This document shows, piece after piece, positions 17,613 through 26,670 of a stretch of 35,159 nucleotides of DNA (within the stretch, counting starts at the first letter, position 1; every line of letters begins with the position of its first letter). The translations under genes were made by a program, and so were the position numbers. The DNA is taken from contig CAMDDY010000003.1 of assembly GCA_945893125.1 (NCBI GenBank), positions 1-35,159 on the forward strand, given 5' to 3'. This stretch comes from Bordetella parapertussis (GTDB taxonomy: Bacteria > Pseudomonadota > Gammaproteobacteria > Burkholderiales > SG8-41). The notes beneath the pieces were generated by a model. The model was not told where the DNA came from and searched no databases. It saw only the letters and a list, made by a program, of their open reading frames with translations.

Positions 17613-19748
17613 ATGACACAACCACAAACCCCAACCTGGGCCAACGGCCCGCATCGTGTGCTGCTGCTCAACCTGCGCGAAGGCGACGAACCCAAGGTTG
17701 ACGCTGAAGCGCTGGTTGCCGGCGCCAAGGAATATCGCGCCACGGCGTTTTGTCTGAGCGGTGGCGGCATCGTGGCGTTTTACCAAACACGCATTGCGGG
17801 TCACCGCATTTCGAATGGCTTGGGCGCGCGCGATCTGTTGGCGGAAGTGATACCGGTCGCGCATCGCGAAGGCATGCGCGTGCTGGCGCGCATCGATCCG
17901 AGCTGCGCGCCGAAAGCGCTCGCACTCGAACACCCCGAATGGTTCACGCGTGACATCAACGGCAACTTCTGCGAAGTCAGCGAGCATTACGTCACCTGCC
18001 CCAACGCGGGTTACTACCGTGAGCGCATGGTTGAAGTGGTGCGCGAAATTCTGCAACGCTACGACGCCGACGGCATCTGGAACAATCAAGGCAAATTCGC
18101 CGCGTGGGAAACGGGCCTGTGTTACTGCAACACCTGCCAGTCGATGTTCAAGGCCGAATCGGGCCACGCCATTCCGCAAACTGAAAACTGGGACGATCCC
18201 GTCTGGCGGCAATACAACGAATGGCGCTACCGGCGCATTGCCGACTGGGTGGCGCTGATGCATCGCGAGATACACGCGGTGAAACAAGACGCGGTATTTA
18301 TCTCCGCCGTGCAGTTGATGGAGTCGCTCGAAACCATACGCCCCGGCGGCTGGGACATCGACTACTGGCTGGAGCATCAGGACATCCCCACCTTTGAATG
18401 CCAGCGCCGCCACGCAGCACCCTTCTGGCCGGGCATCCAGGCGAAATATCTCGCCACGCTTGCACCGGACAAGCCGCGCTGGATGACCGCGAGTTATTTT
18501 TATCCGTGGTGGCGGCTGTATGCGGCGCCTGAAGCGGAGAACCGGCCGTGGATCGCGCAGCAAGTCGCCAACGGCGTGAGCCCCTGGTTGCATATCAACG
18601 GCGGCTACTCCGATTTATTTGACCGGCGCAGCCTCGCGCCGATGAAAGCCGTGTTTCAGCGGCTTGAACGGTGGGAGAAATATCTTGACGGCGCGCAGTC
18701 GCAGGCGCGCGTGGTGCTGGTGTTGTCGCGCTACACGCAGGACAACTACGGCCGCGACAAACCGCAAGCGCGTTATCTCGACTTCATTCGCGGCTGGTAC
18801 TTGGCGTTGCAGGAAGCGCACATTGCGTTTGACGTTATCTCGGACAAATTGATTTCACCCGAGCGGCTTGCGCGCTACGGCGTGGTGGTGGTTTCCAATC
18901 TGGCGTGCGTGTCGGATGCCGCGGTTACATCGCTCGCGCAATACACCCAAGCGGGCGGCGGCCTGATCGCAAGCTACGAGGCCGGTCTCGCCGATGCCGA
19001 CGGCAAGCCGCGCGCCACGCCCGCGTTTGATGCGGTGCTGGGCATTTCCCGCAGCGGCAAACGCGAAGGGCTTAAATCGTCGTACGCCAAACTGGAATCG
19101 CGCGACGATCCGTTGCTCGATGGCATCGGCGATACCGACTTGATTCCGAACGAAGGCGCACTGATTGAAGTCACCACGGCAGCGGGGCACGCCGTGCCGC
19201 TGACGCTGATCCCGCCGGTGATCGCGCATGACGGCGCCACCATCAGCATTCCCGAATACAGCGCGATACGAGAGACCACTACTATCCCCGTAGTGACACG
19301 TGGCGCAAGTGGTGGTGGCAAGGGCCGCGTGGTGTATTTCGCCAACACCATGGAAGGTTTGTACTACCACTACGGTTTCCCCGATCTCGGCCGTGTGCTG
19401 GCGAACAGCGTGCGCTGGGCCTTGGGTGAGCCGATGGCGCTGGAAGTCGAAGCGCCCGATTACGTCGATGTCACGCACATGGGCCAGCCGGGGCGTGCGC
19501 TGGTGCATCTGGTGAATTTGCCGCTGGACAAGCCGCTGAACACCGGCTGGCGTCATCCGGGACGCAACCTGGTTGAAGTGCGTGATATCGTGGTGCGGCT
19601 GCGCCCGCCCATCGGCCAGCGTGTCCGTTCGGCGCGACTGGCGACGCACGAAACGGTGTTACCGCTGACATTTCAGCACGATACCTGCGAAGTCACTGTT
19701 CCCATGCTAGCCGATCATGAAATCGTTATTTTTGAACTGATCGAGTAA
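17613..19748 (+). CDS. GHL6-like putative glycoside hydrolase with beta-galactosidase trimerisation-like domain
   Basis: GGIVAFY, RDLLAE...H.EGMRVLARID, HPEWF, CPN..Y, DGIW.N, CYCNTC, G.YLAL.E.HI.FD, GG.LIASY, GRVVYF, VHLVN; no signal peptide. Confidence 0.8.
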   Translation: MTQPQTPTWANGPHRVLLLNLREGDEPKVDAEALVAGAKEYRATAFCLSGGGIVAFYQTRIAGHRISNGLGARDLLAEVIPVAHREGMRVLARIDPSCAPKALALEHPEWFTRDINGNFCEVSEHYVTCPNAGYYRERMVEVVREILQRYDADGIWNNQGKFAAWETGLCYCNTCQSMFKAESGHAIPQTENWDDPVWRQYNEWRYRRIADWVALMHREIHAVKQDAVFISAVQLMESLETIRPGGWDIDYWLEHQDIPTFECQRRHAAPFWPGIQAKYLATLAPDKPRWMTASYFYPWWRLYAAPEAENRPWIAQQVANGVSPWLHINGGYSDLFDRRSLAPMKAVFQRLERWEKYLDGAQSQARVVLVLSRYTQDNYGRDKPQARYLDFIRGWYLALQEAHIAFDVISDKLISPERLARYGVVVVSNLACVSDAAVTSLAQYTQAGGGLIASYEAGLADADGKPRATPAFDAVLGISRSGKREGLKSSYAKLESRDDPLLDGIGDTDLIPNEGALIEVTTAAGHAVPLTLIPPVIAHDGATISIPEYSAIRETTTIPVVTRGASGGGKGRVVYFANTMEGLYYHYGFPDLGRVLANSVRWALGEPMALEVEAPDYVDVTHMGQPGRALVHLVNLPLDKPLNTGWRHPGRNLVEVRDIVVRLRPPIGQRVRSARLATHETVLPLTFQHDTCEVTVPMLADHEIVIFELIE

Positions 19749-19781
19749 CCCGGAAGAAAACCTTTAACTGCTAAATTTTCC

Positions 19782-19864
19782 TCGTCGTTCCGGCGCAGAC
19801 GGGAACCCATAGGGTGTCGCAAGTGGCACTGTGTTATGGGTTCCCGCCTGCGCGGGAACGACGA
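19782..19864. repeat. CGTC-type REP doublet
   Basis: TCGTCGTTCCGGCGCAGACGGGAACCCATA, 23-nt spacer, TATGGGTTCCCGCCTGCGCGGGAACGACGA; spacer homologous to the one at 9034-9056. Confidence 0.88.
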
Positions 19865-19900
19865 AGGGAAAGATCGTTTGTCCTTAATGAGATTCTGCCC

Positions 19901-20860
19901 ATGATCCGTATCGCATTCGCCGTTCTACTGACTACCGCCACGCTTGCTGACGCGCAGCAGGTGCAATACCCCGCCAAAACCGTGCGCCTCGTGGTGCCGC
20001 TGGTCGCCGGCGGCCCCACCGACATCCTCGCGCGGCTGATCGCGCAGCCGCTCGGTGAAAAACTCGCCCATCAGGTCGTGGTGGACAATCGTCCCGGCGC
20101 GGGCGGCAACATCGGCGCGGAAATGGTGGCGAAGTCGCCGCCGGACGGCCACACTTTGTTCATGGGCACCTCGGGCCCGATGTCGATCAACATCAGCCTC
20201 TATCCGAAATTAGGCTATGACCCGTTGCGTGATTTCGCGCCGATTATCCTGGCGGCCTCCGCGCCATTTGCCGTGGTGGTGCATCCCGCGTTGCCCGCCG
20301 GCAACATCAAACAGTTGATTGCGCTGGTGAAAGCCAAACCGAATCAACTGAACTACGGCGCGGTGCCCGGCAACGCCGCGCATCTAGCGACGGAGTTATT
20401 CAAGAGCATGGCGGGCCTCGACATGGTGTTCGTGCCGTACAAAGGCGCCGCGCCCGCCAATACCGATCTGGTGGCGGGGCAGATCCAGTTGTCGTTTGCC
20501 TCAACGCCGGGCGCAATGCCGCTGGTGAAAGGCGGACGCCTGAAAGCGCTGGCCATTTCGAGCGCCAAGCGTATCGCCAAGCTGCCCGATCTGCCGACCA
20601 TCGCCGAATCCGGCGTGGCGGGCTACGAAGCCAGCGTGTGGTACGGCATCGTTGCGCCGGCGAAAACCGCGCCGGAAATCATCGCGCGGCTGTACAAGGA
20701 AAGTGCCGCGATACTGCAAGACCGCGTGAGCCGCGAAAAATTCGACGCCAATGATTTCGAAGCGACGGTGCTGAATCCGGAGCAGTTCGGCGCACATATA
20801 CGCAGTGAAATCGCCAAGTGGGGCAAGGTGGTTAAGGCCACCGGCGCGCGCGCGGAGTAA
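19901..20860 (+). CDS. Bug/TctC substrate-binding protein
   Basis: Signal peptide ending ADA-Q, YPAKTVRLVVP, DNRPGAGG, VPYKG. The upstream ORF extension is REP-derived. Confidence 0.92.
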   Translation: MIRIAFAVLLTTATLADAQQVQYPAKTVRLVVPLVAGGPTDILARLIAQPLGEKLAHQVVVDNRPGAGGNIGAEMVAKSPPDGHTLFMGTSGPMSINISLYPKLGYDPLRDFAPIILAASAPFAVVVHPALPAGNIKQLIALVKAKPNQLNYGAVPGNAAHLATELFKSMAGLDMVFVPYKGAAPANTDLVAGQIQLSFASTPGAMPLVKGGRLKALAISSAKRIAKLPDLPTIAESGVAGYEASVWYGIVAPAKTAPEIIARLYKESAAILQDRVSREKFDANDFEATVLNPEQFGAHIRSEIAKWGKVVKATGARAE

Positions 20861-20903
20861 GGGAAAAGCGCCGGCAGACCCGCTGACTATCGAGTGCCAC
20901 TCG

Positions 20904-22076
20904 TCACATGGTGTACGGAACGTGCGGCGTCGGGACGCGTTCGAGGCAATCGCGGTTCAACTCCGAAATACGGTTGCAGCCCAGATAGGCAATCGTGCGG
21001 CTGATTTCTTCGCGGTAAAAATTGATCGCGCGCGCAGCACCTGCTTCTCCGCCGACCGTCGTGCCCCACAGTGTTGCGCGTCCGACCATCACCAGCTTGG
21101 CCCCGATGGCGAGCGCCTTCACCACGTCGCTGCCGCGGCGAAATCCACTGTCGACGATGACGGTCGTCTTGTTGCCCACCGCATCCACGATCGGCGCCAG
21201 CGCTTCGATGGGCGCCATCGAACTGTCGAAGTTGCGACCGCCATGATTGGATACGATGACGCCATCGGCGCCGCGCGCAATGGCACGTTCGGCATCCTGT
21301 GGCGTGAGTATGCCCTTCACCAGCAGTTTGCCCGGCCACATATCACGCAGCACGCCAAGGTCGTCCCACGACAGCGCATCGTTCTTGGTCTTGCGCTCGG
21401 CATTGGAGACGTGCGTAAATTTCTCCGTCATGCCCTCGGGGTAGTTCGCGCGGGTGGGCATGCCGCCGGACATCCAGTAACGCATGATGACGTTGAGCAG
21501 CCAGCCCGGCCTCGCCAGCACCGCCGCCGTGTTCTTGCGGGTGTAACGGAACGGCACGGTGTAACCGTTGCGAATGTTGTATTCGCGGTTGGTGCCTACG
21601 GGGCCGTCCACGGTAACCACCAGCGCCTCGAATCCGGCGTTCTTCGCGCGCTCGACCAGAATATGCGACATGCGCACATCCGACCACATGTAGAGCTGAA
21701 ACCACAGCGTGCCGCCGACCAGTCGGGCGACATCCTCCATGCTGGTCTGCGAACCGGTGGCGAGGGTGAAAGGAATGTTTGCGGCCTTCGCCGCGCGCGC
21801 GAGTTCCAGTTCGCCCTGATACCACAGCATGCCCGCCGGACCGGTCGGCGCGATGCCCAGCGGCATGCCGTGTTGCTTGCCGAACAGCGTGGTCTCCTGG
21901 CTGCGCTGGGTGACGTTGACCAGCACCTGCGTCTTCAACTTGATGCGTTCGAACGCCGCGCGGTTGTTGCGCAAGGCCACCTCGTCCTCGGTGCCGCGAT
22001 CAACGAACTCAAACAGCCATTGCGGCAGGCGCCGCTTGGCCATAAGGCGCAAATCATGAACGTTAAGCGCTTCCAT
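20904..22076 (-). CDS. FMN-dependent alpha-hydroxy-acid dehydrogenase (L-lactate/mandelate dehydrogenase family)
   Basis: IAPTG, WFQLY, VTVD, VKGI, SNHGGR, DSGFRRGSDVVKALA.GA, GRA. Start 22076 or 22094. Confidence 0.92.
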   Translation of the reverse strand: MEALNVHDLRLMAKRRLPQWLFEFVDRGTEDEVALRNNRAAFERIKLKTQVLVNVTQRSQETTLFGKQHGMPLGIAPTGPAGMLWYQGELELARAAKAANIPFTLATGSQTSMEDVARLVGGTLWFQLYMWSDVRMSHILVERAKNAGFEALVVTVDGPVGTNREYNIRNGYTVPFRYTRKNTAAVLARPGWLLNVIMRYWMSGGMPTRANYPEGMTEKFTHVSNAERKTKNDALSWDDLGVLRDMWPGKLLVKGILTPQDAERAIARGADGVIVSNHGGRNFDSSMAPIEALAPIVDAVGNKTTVIVDSGFRRGSDVVKALAIGAKLVMVGRATLWGTTVGGEAGAARAINFYREEISRTIAYLGCNRISELNRDCLERVPTPHVPYTM

Positions 22077-22151
22077 CTCATTACCATTAAACACGGGCTT
22101 TCCCTATATTTCGCGCGCACTTTCGGCGTACTGCGCAGCAAGCAAGCGGAA

Positions 22152-22718
22152 TTACTTGAACGCCGCGCCGTAATTGTCGCGATAGGTAAACTCGGCTATC
22201 GCCTTGCGCGTGCGCGGTTTCAAATCCTTGGCGCGCACTTCTTCGATCAAATCTTCCACGCGACCGCGATAACCCGCCGCCATCACCGCCACCGGCTTGG
22301 CATTGGCGGGAATATTAAAACCCTTGCAGATTTTGTCGTAATCAAACCCCGCCATGGCGTGAATGGTGAGGCCCATGGCGTAACCTTGCACCATCATGTT
22401 TTCCATGGCGAAGCCGACATCAAGCATGAAATTCTGCAAGCCGTTGCGTTCGGGTTGCTCTTCGGGCACGCCGATAATCACCATCTTCAGCGCGCCGGGC
22501 GGCGCCCATTGTTTGTTGCCCGCGGATAAGGCGTCGTCGAAGATGCGCTGGGCTTCCGCGCTCGACGCGATCAGCACGCGCCACGGTTGCCGGTTGTTGG
22601 ACGACGGCGCCCAGCGGAAGGCATCGAGCAGCGTTTCTATGGTTTCGGCTTCCAGCGGTTTGTTGGCGAAATGGCGGTCGCTGCGGCGGTCGCGGATGAC
22701 ATCGAGTAGTTTGGACAT
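22152..22718 (-). CDS. Nitroreductase family protein
   Basis: RRSDRHF, RWAPSSNNRQPWR, D.GFA.ENM, H.MAGFD, PRTRK. Confidence 0.92.
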   Translation of the reverse strand: MSKLLDVIRDRRSDRHFANKPLEAETIETLLDAFRWAPSSNNRQPWRVLIASSAEAQRIFDDALSAGNKQWAPPGALKMVIIGVPEEQPERNGLQNFMLDVGFAMENMMVQGYAMGLTIHAMAGFDYDKICKGFNIPANAKPVAVMAAGYRGRVEDLIEEVRAKDLKPRTRKAIAEFTYRDNYGAAFK

Positions 22719-22778
22719 GAATTTTCCGTGGTTACAGTGAATAAATGACGCGCGGGTCTGGTTTGCGCGAAAACCGGC

Positions 22779-22806
22779 ATTTTGGGCAATTTCCGGGGCT
22801 TGTCAA
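22779..22806 (-). promoter_or_regulatory. Putative sigma70 promoter for the nitroreductase (TTGACA-16-CAAAAT)
   Basis: Perfect -35 on the minus strand at 22801-22806. Confidence 0.45.
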
Positions 22807-22859
22807 TAAAATCACCGGCGTGTGTGACCGGTACTTGGGGTGGCCTATTTTAGAGGCTT

Positions 22860-22902
22860 TGTGACTTTTTTCACAGACAGCACGGGCGCGCGGGCGGATA
22901 CT
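22860..22902 (+). promoter_or_regulatory. CRP-family box (TGTGA-N6-TCACA) plus -10 (GATACT): class II-type activated promoter
   Basis: TGTGACTTTTTTCACA at 22860-22875 (centre 22867.5); GATACT at 22897-22902. A start at ~22909 places the box at -41.5. Confidence 0.7.
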
Positions 22903-22908
22903 TTGTTC

Positions 22909-22981
22909 TCGCAATCACTCCTCAACTCCTCCTTTGTTGATTGCCTTCACCGCGACGGGCTTCCCGCCGCGGTTTTTCTTT
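22909..22981 (+). ncRNA. Candidate trans-acting sRNA with anti-Shine-Dalgarno (CUCCUCCU) loop
   Basis: Stem GCAATCA/TGATTGC encloses CTCCTCAACTCCTCCTTTGT, followed by a terminator; own promoter; no ORF. Confidence 0.7.
22949..22981 (+). terminator. Rho-independent terminator
   Basis: ACCGCG-A-CGGG-CTT-CCCG-C-CGCGGT followed by TTTTCTTT; no CDS ends upstream of it on the + strand. Confidence 0.85.
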
Positions 22982-23028
22982 GTGGGTCGGCATGATATGC
23001 GGACTGCCGAAAACCGGCGGCGTGAAAT

Positions 23029-23037
23029 TGCTATGAT
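23029..23037 (+). promoter_or_regulatory. Putative extended -10 (TGcTATGAT) for the carboxyltransferase gene
   Basis: Downstream of the terminator, ~40 nt before ATG 23076 (AGGAG RBS). Confidence 0.5.
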
Positions 23038-23075
23038 GGCGGGCGATCCCTAGACCCCGCCAGCAGGAGCAGCCG

Positions 23076-24611
23076 ATGCCGTTTGAAGCCTTGATCCGCG
23101 ACTACGAAGAACGCACGCAACGTGCGCTGGCGATGGGCGGAGCGGAAAAACTCGCCGCGCGCAAAGCCGCCGGCGTGCTGAACGCGCGTGAACGGGTCGA
23201 TCATTTGCTGGATGCCGGCAGTTTTATCGAATCCGGTCGCTACGCCACTTCGGCGCGTGCAGAGGTGCGTCATAAAACGCCGGGTGACGGCAAGGTGGTG
23301 GGCTTTGGCCGCATCGACGGGCGCGAAGTGGGCGTGATTTCCAATGATTTCACCGTGCTCGGCGCATCCAGCGCGGTAATCAATCAGAAAAAAGTAAAAC
23401 ACGTTAAAAACGTCGCCACCAAACGCGGCTTTCCGATGGTGTTTCTGGGTGAAACCAGCGGCGCGCGCATGCCCGATCGCATGGGCGCGACGGGCCGCTC
23501 GATCGTCGGGCAGGACGGCGCGGAATATCAACGGCTGCGCAAATCGCCGTGGGCGTCGGCGCTGCTCGGCAGTTGTTTCGGCCACTCGGCGTGGTACGCG
23601 AGCCTGTCTGACTTTACCGTGATGCGCAAAGGCGCGGTGATGGCGGTGGCCAGCCATCGCGTGGCGGAAAAAGCCATCGGCCGGCCGATCACACCCGAGG
23701 AACTCGGCGGCTGGCGCATGCATACGCGCACCTCGGGGCTGGTGGATGTTGCGGTGGATACGGATGCGCAGGCGCTGGACGCCATCAAGAAATTTTTGTC
23801 GTATCTGCCGAGTCACTGTAACGAAGCGCCGCCGGTGTTGCCGGTTCCCGTGGGTTCGGACGACGCGATCCGGCAGGTGCTCGACATCCTGCCGGAAGCA
23901 CGCTCGCAGGTGTACGACGTGCGCAAAATCATCGACGCAATCGCCGATAAAGGCTCGCGCTTTGATCTGAAACCGGATTTCGGCAAATCGGTGGTCACCG
24001 CGTTGACACGCATCGACGGCCACACCACCGGCATCATCGCCAACAATCCGCTCTTTAAGGGCGGCGCGCTGGATGTCGATGCCTGCGCCAAGGTGACGAG
24101 TTTTCTGGTGTTGTGCGATTCGTTCAATATTCCCATCGTGTTTCTGGTGGATGTGCCGGGCTTTCTGATCGGGCTTGAAGGCGAACAGCGCGGCGCGCCG
24201 GGACGCATCATCAACTGGGTCAACGCGTTGTCGCTGGTCACCGTGCCGAAGATATCCATCATCCTGCGCAAGAGTTACGGCAAAGCGTATCTCAACATGG
24301 GCGGCGGCAAAAATTCCGATGAAGTCGCGTGCTGGCCCACGGCGGATCTGGGCTTTGTCGATCCATCTGTCGGTGTGAACATTTTGCATGGCCTCAAACA
24401 GGAAGATGATCCGGAACGTTTCAAACAACTCGCCGCCGAAATCGAGCAGGATAACTCGGTGTGGGGCCTCGCTGCCTTATACGAAACGCAATCAGTGATC
24501 GATCCGCGCGACACACGCGATTATCTGATCCGCACGCTGCAAGTGCATCGCATGCGGATGACGGGCGGCGTCGGCGAACATCTGATCAGCAACTGGCCGA
24601 CGACGTTTTAA
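23076..24611 (+). CDS. Acyl-CoA carboxyltransferase beta-type subunit (PccB/MmdA-like), divergent
   Basis: G.LNARERVD.LLD.GSF.E, PGDG.V.G.G.IDGR, DFTVLG, SGARM, EELGG, LCDSFNIP.VFLVDVPGF, IDPRDTR. Confidence 0.9.
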   Translation: MPFEALIRDYEERTQRALAMGGAEKLAARKAAGVLNARERVDHLLDAGSFIESGRYATSARAEVRHKTPGDGKVVGFGRIDGREVGVISNDFTVLGASSAVINQKKVKHVKNVATKRGFPMVFLGETSGARMPDRMGATGRSIVGQDGAEYQRLRKSPWASALLGSCFGHSAWYASLSDFTVMRKGAVMAVASHRVAEKAIGRPITPEELGGWRMHTRTSGLVDVAVDTDAQALDAIKKFLSYLPSHCNEAPPVLPVPVGSDDAIRQVLDILPEARSQVYDVRKIIDAIADKGSRFDLKPDFGKSVVTALTRIDGHTTGIIANNPLFKGGALDVDACAKVTSFLVLCDSFNIPIVFLVDVPGFLIGLEGEQRGAPGRIINWVNALSLVTVPKISIILRKSYGKAYLNMGGGKNSDEVACWPTADLGFVDPSVGVNILHGLKQEDDPERFKQLAAEIEQDNSVWGLAALYETQSVIDPRDTRDYLIRTLQVHRMRMTGGVGEHLISNWPTTF

Positions 24612-24654
24612 TATAACTAATTGTTTTTATTGATTATTTTGTCCATGCGATCCA

Positions 24655-24683
24655 TTGAATTCACGCACATGACGCGCTACGAT
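24655..24683 (+). promoter_or_regulatory. Putative sigma70 promoter TTGAAT-17-TACGAT
   Basis: 17-bp spacing, ~40 nt before ATG 24725; preceded by an AT-rich IHF-like tract. Confidence 0.5.
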
Positions 24684-24724
24684 GAACCGGACAAACTGAC
24701 AATCTCCATCAACCCGAGGCAGCC

Positions 24725-25615
24725 ATGGACAAGGTAACGAGCCGATTAAGAAAACTGATCAACGGCAGCGAGTTGGTAATCCAGCCGGGCATTTTCGACG
24801 GCTACAGTGCGCGCCTGGTGCAGCAGGCTGGTTTTCCATCCGGCTTTATCTCCGGCGCGGGTATTGCCGAAGCGCTGCTCGGCCAACCCGATATCGGCCT
24901 CATGGGTTTCGAACTCAATCTGAATGCGGTGCGTATGCTGGCGGCGTGCGTGGATATTCCGCTGCTGGCCGACGCGGACACCGGCTACGGCAATGCAATC
25001 AACGTGTTTCATCTGGTGCGCGCGTTCGAGCAGGCCGGGCTTGCCGGCGTGATGATCGAGGATCAGTCGTGGCCCAAGCGCTGCGGGCACATGGCGGGCA
25101 AAGCGGTGATCTCCGCCGGGGAAATGGTGGAAAAAATTCACGGCGCCGTGGCGGCGCGGCGCGATGCGGATTTTGTCATCAAGTCGCGCACCGATTCACT
25201 CGCCACGCACGGCATCGCTGAAGTGGTGCGGCGGCTGAATCTGTATGCCGAGGCCGGCGCGGATTTGCTGTTCGCCGACGCGCTGCTCTCCGAGCAGGAC
25301 ATCACCACCGTGATCCAAAACGTGTCGAAACCACTGTGTATCAACATGGGCTTCGGCATACGCCGCCGTGCCACCACGCCGCTGATTTCTCCGATGCGAT
25401 TGGCCGAACTGGGCGTGCGCGTGGTGATCTATCCGCGATTGCTCACCTCTTGCGCCATCAAGGGCATGCAAAACGGGCTGGACGCGTTACAGCAAGCCAT
25501 GCGCAGCAAACAACCCCTTGAGCGGCCGGAGCTGTTGCTGTCGTTTGAGGAACTCAATACGCTGGTGGGCTTCGATGAATTTCAGGCGCTGGAGCGCAAG
25601 CTGGTGAGCCGATAG
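24725..25615 (+). CDS. Isocitrate lyase/PEP mutase family lyase (PrpB/2,3-dimethylmalate lyase-like)
   Basis: FDGYSARL, G.PD.G, ADADTGYG, IEDQ.WPKRCGH, RTD, Y.EAGAD. Confidence 0.9.
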   Translation: MDKVTSRLRKLINGSELVIQPGIFDGYSARLVQQAGFPSGFISGAGIAEALLGQPDIGLMGFELNLNAVRMLAACVDIPLLADADTGYGNAINVFHLVRAFEQAGLAGVMIEDQSWPKRCGHMAGKAVISAGEMVEKIHGAVAARRDADFVIKSRTDSLATHGIAEVVRRLNLYAEAGADLLFADALLSEQDITTVIQNVSKPLCINMGFGIRRRATTPLISPMRLAELGVRVVIYPRLLTSCAIKGMQNGLDALQQAMRSKQPLERPELLLSFEELNTLVGFDEFQALERKLVSR

Positions 25616-25659
25616 TACGCCGCGTAACATCTGCTCGAAAGATCACGGAGGAACGTTCG

Positions 25660-26625
25660 ATGCGTATCGCATTAACACTGAGCGGCATTTTGATGCTCGC
25701 ACCCGCGCCGGCGCGCTCACAAACGGAGCCCGCGTATCCGGCAAAACCAGTGCGCATCATCGTGCCCGTTGCGCCCGGCGGCAGCACGGACATACTGTCC
25801 CGGCTGGTCGCGCAACGATTGACCGAGGTGTGGCGTACACAGGTCGTGGTCGAGAACCGGCCCGGTGGCGCCGGCGGCATTGTCGGCGTCGATTATGTGG
25901 CCAAGAGCGCACCCGACGGCTACACCCTGATCATGGGATACATCGGCACCTTCTCGTTTCTGCCGTCGGTATTTCCCAAGATGCCCTACGATCCGGTGCG
26001 GGATTTCGCGCCGCTGTCGCTGGTCGCGATGGTGCCCAACATGATGGCCATACACCCCTCGGTGCCGGCGAAAACCGTGAAGGAACTGGTGGCGCTGGCC
26101 CGCAGCCGCCCCGGCCAACTCAACTACGGCTCATCCGGCAACGGCAGCAACTCGCATGTGTCGGTGGAGTATTTCAAGCAATTGACCGGAACGGACATCC
26201 AGCAGATTCCCTACAAAGGCGCCGGTTTGACGATGATTGATCTGTTGGGCGGACACATCACGCTTACCGTGACCGGGGTGCCGCCGATCATCCCGCATGT
26301 GCGCAGCAACCGGCTGCGCGCGCTGGGTGTCGCCACCGACAAGCGGCTCGACATACTGCCCAATGTACCGACGATCGCGGAAGCCGGCGTGCCGGGTTAT
26401 GAAATTACCCAATGGTACGGCCTGCTCGCGCCGGTGGGCACACCGCGTGACATCGTGCGAAAGCTGAATAGCGAAATCGTGCGCTATCTGCAATTGCCGG
26501 ACACTGCGGCCAGGATGTCCAGCGGAGGCGCCATTCCGACCGGCAACACGCCGGAGCAATTTCACGAGCTGATCAAAGCAGAAATCCCGCGTTGGGCCAA
26601 GGTGCTTAAGCAGGCTGGGTTGTAG
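25660..26625 (+). CDS. Bug/TctC substrate-binding protein
   Basis: GGAGGA RBS, signal peptide, YPAKPVRIIVP.APGGSTD, YGSSGNGS, IPYKG. Confidence 0.92.
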   Translation: MRIALTLSGILMLAPAPARSQTEPAYPAKPVRIIVPVAPGGSTDILSRLVAQRLTEVWRTQVVVENRPGGAGGIVGVDYVAKSAPDGYTLIMGYIGTFSFLPSVFPKMPYDPVRDFAPLSLVAMVPNMMAIHPSVPAKTVKELVALARSRPGQLNYGSSGNGSNSHVSVEYFKQLTGTDIQQIPYKGAGLTMIDLLGGHITLTVTGVPPIIPHVRSNRLRALGVATDKRLDILPNVPTIAEAGVPGYEITQWYGLLAPVGTPRDIVRKLNSEIVRYLQLPDTAARMSSGGAIPTGNTPEQFHELIKAEIPRWAKVLKQAGL

Positions 26626-26670
26626 TTAGCGTGATGAAACTTTCCGCCGTTTGATAAGCCCGTCCACGCA

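Noticed and set aside
22909-23075. Terminator read as an attenuator/riboswitch for the carboxyltransferase
   Set aside because: No aptamer or antiterminator recognised, and a separate extended -10 lies downstream; a stand-alone sRNA is preferred but not proven
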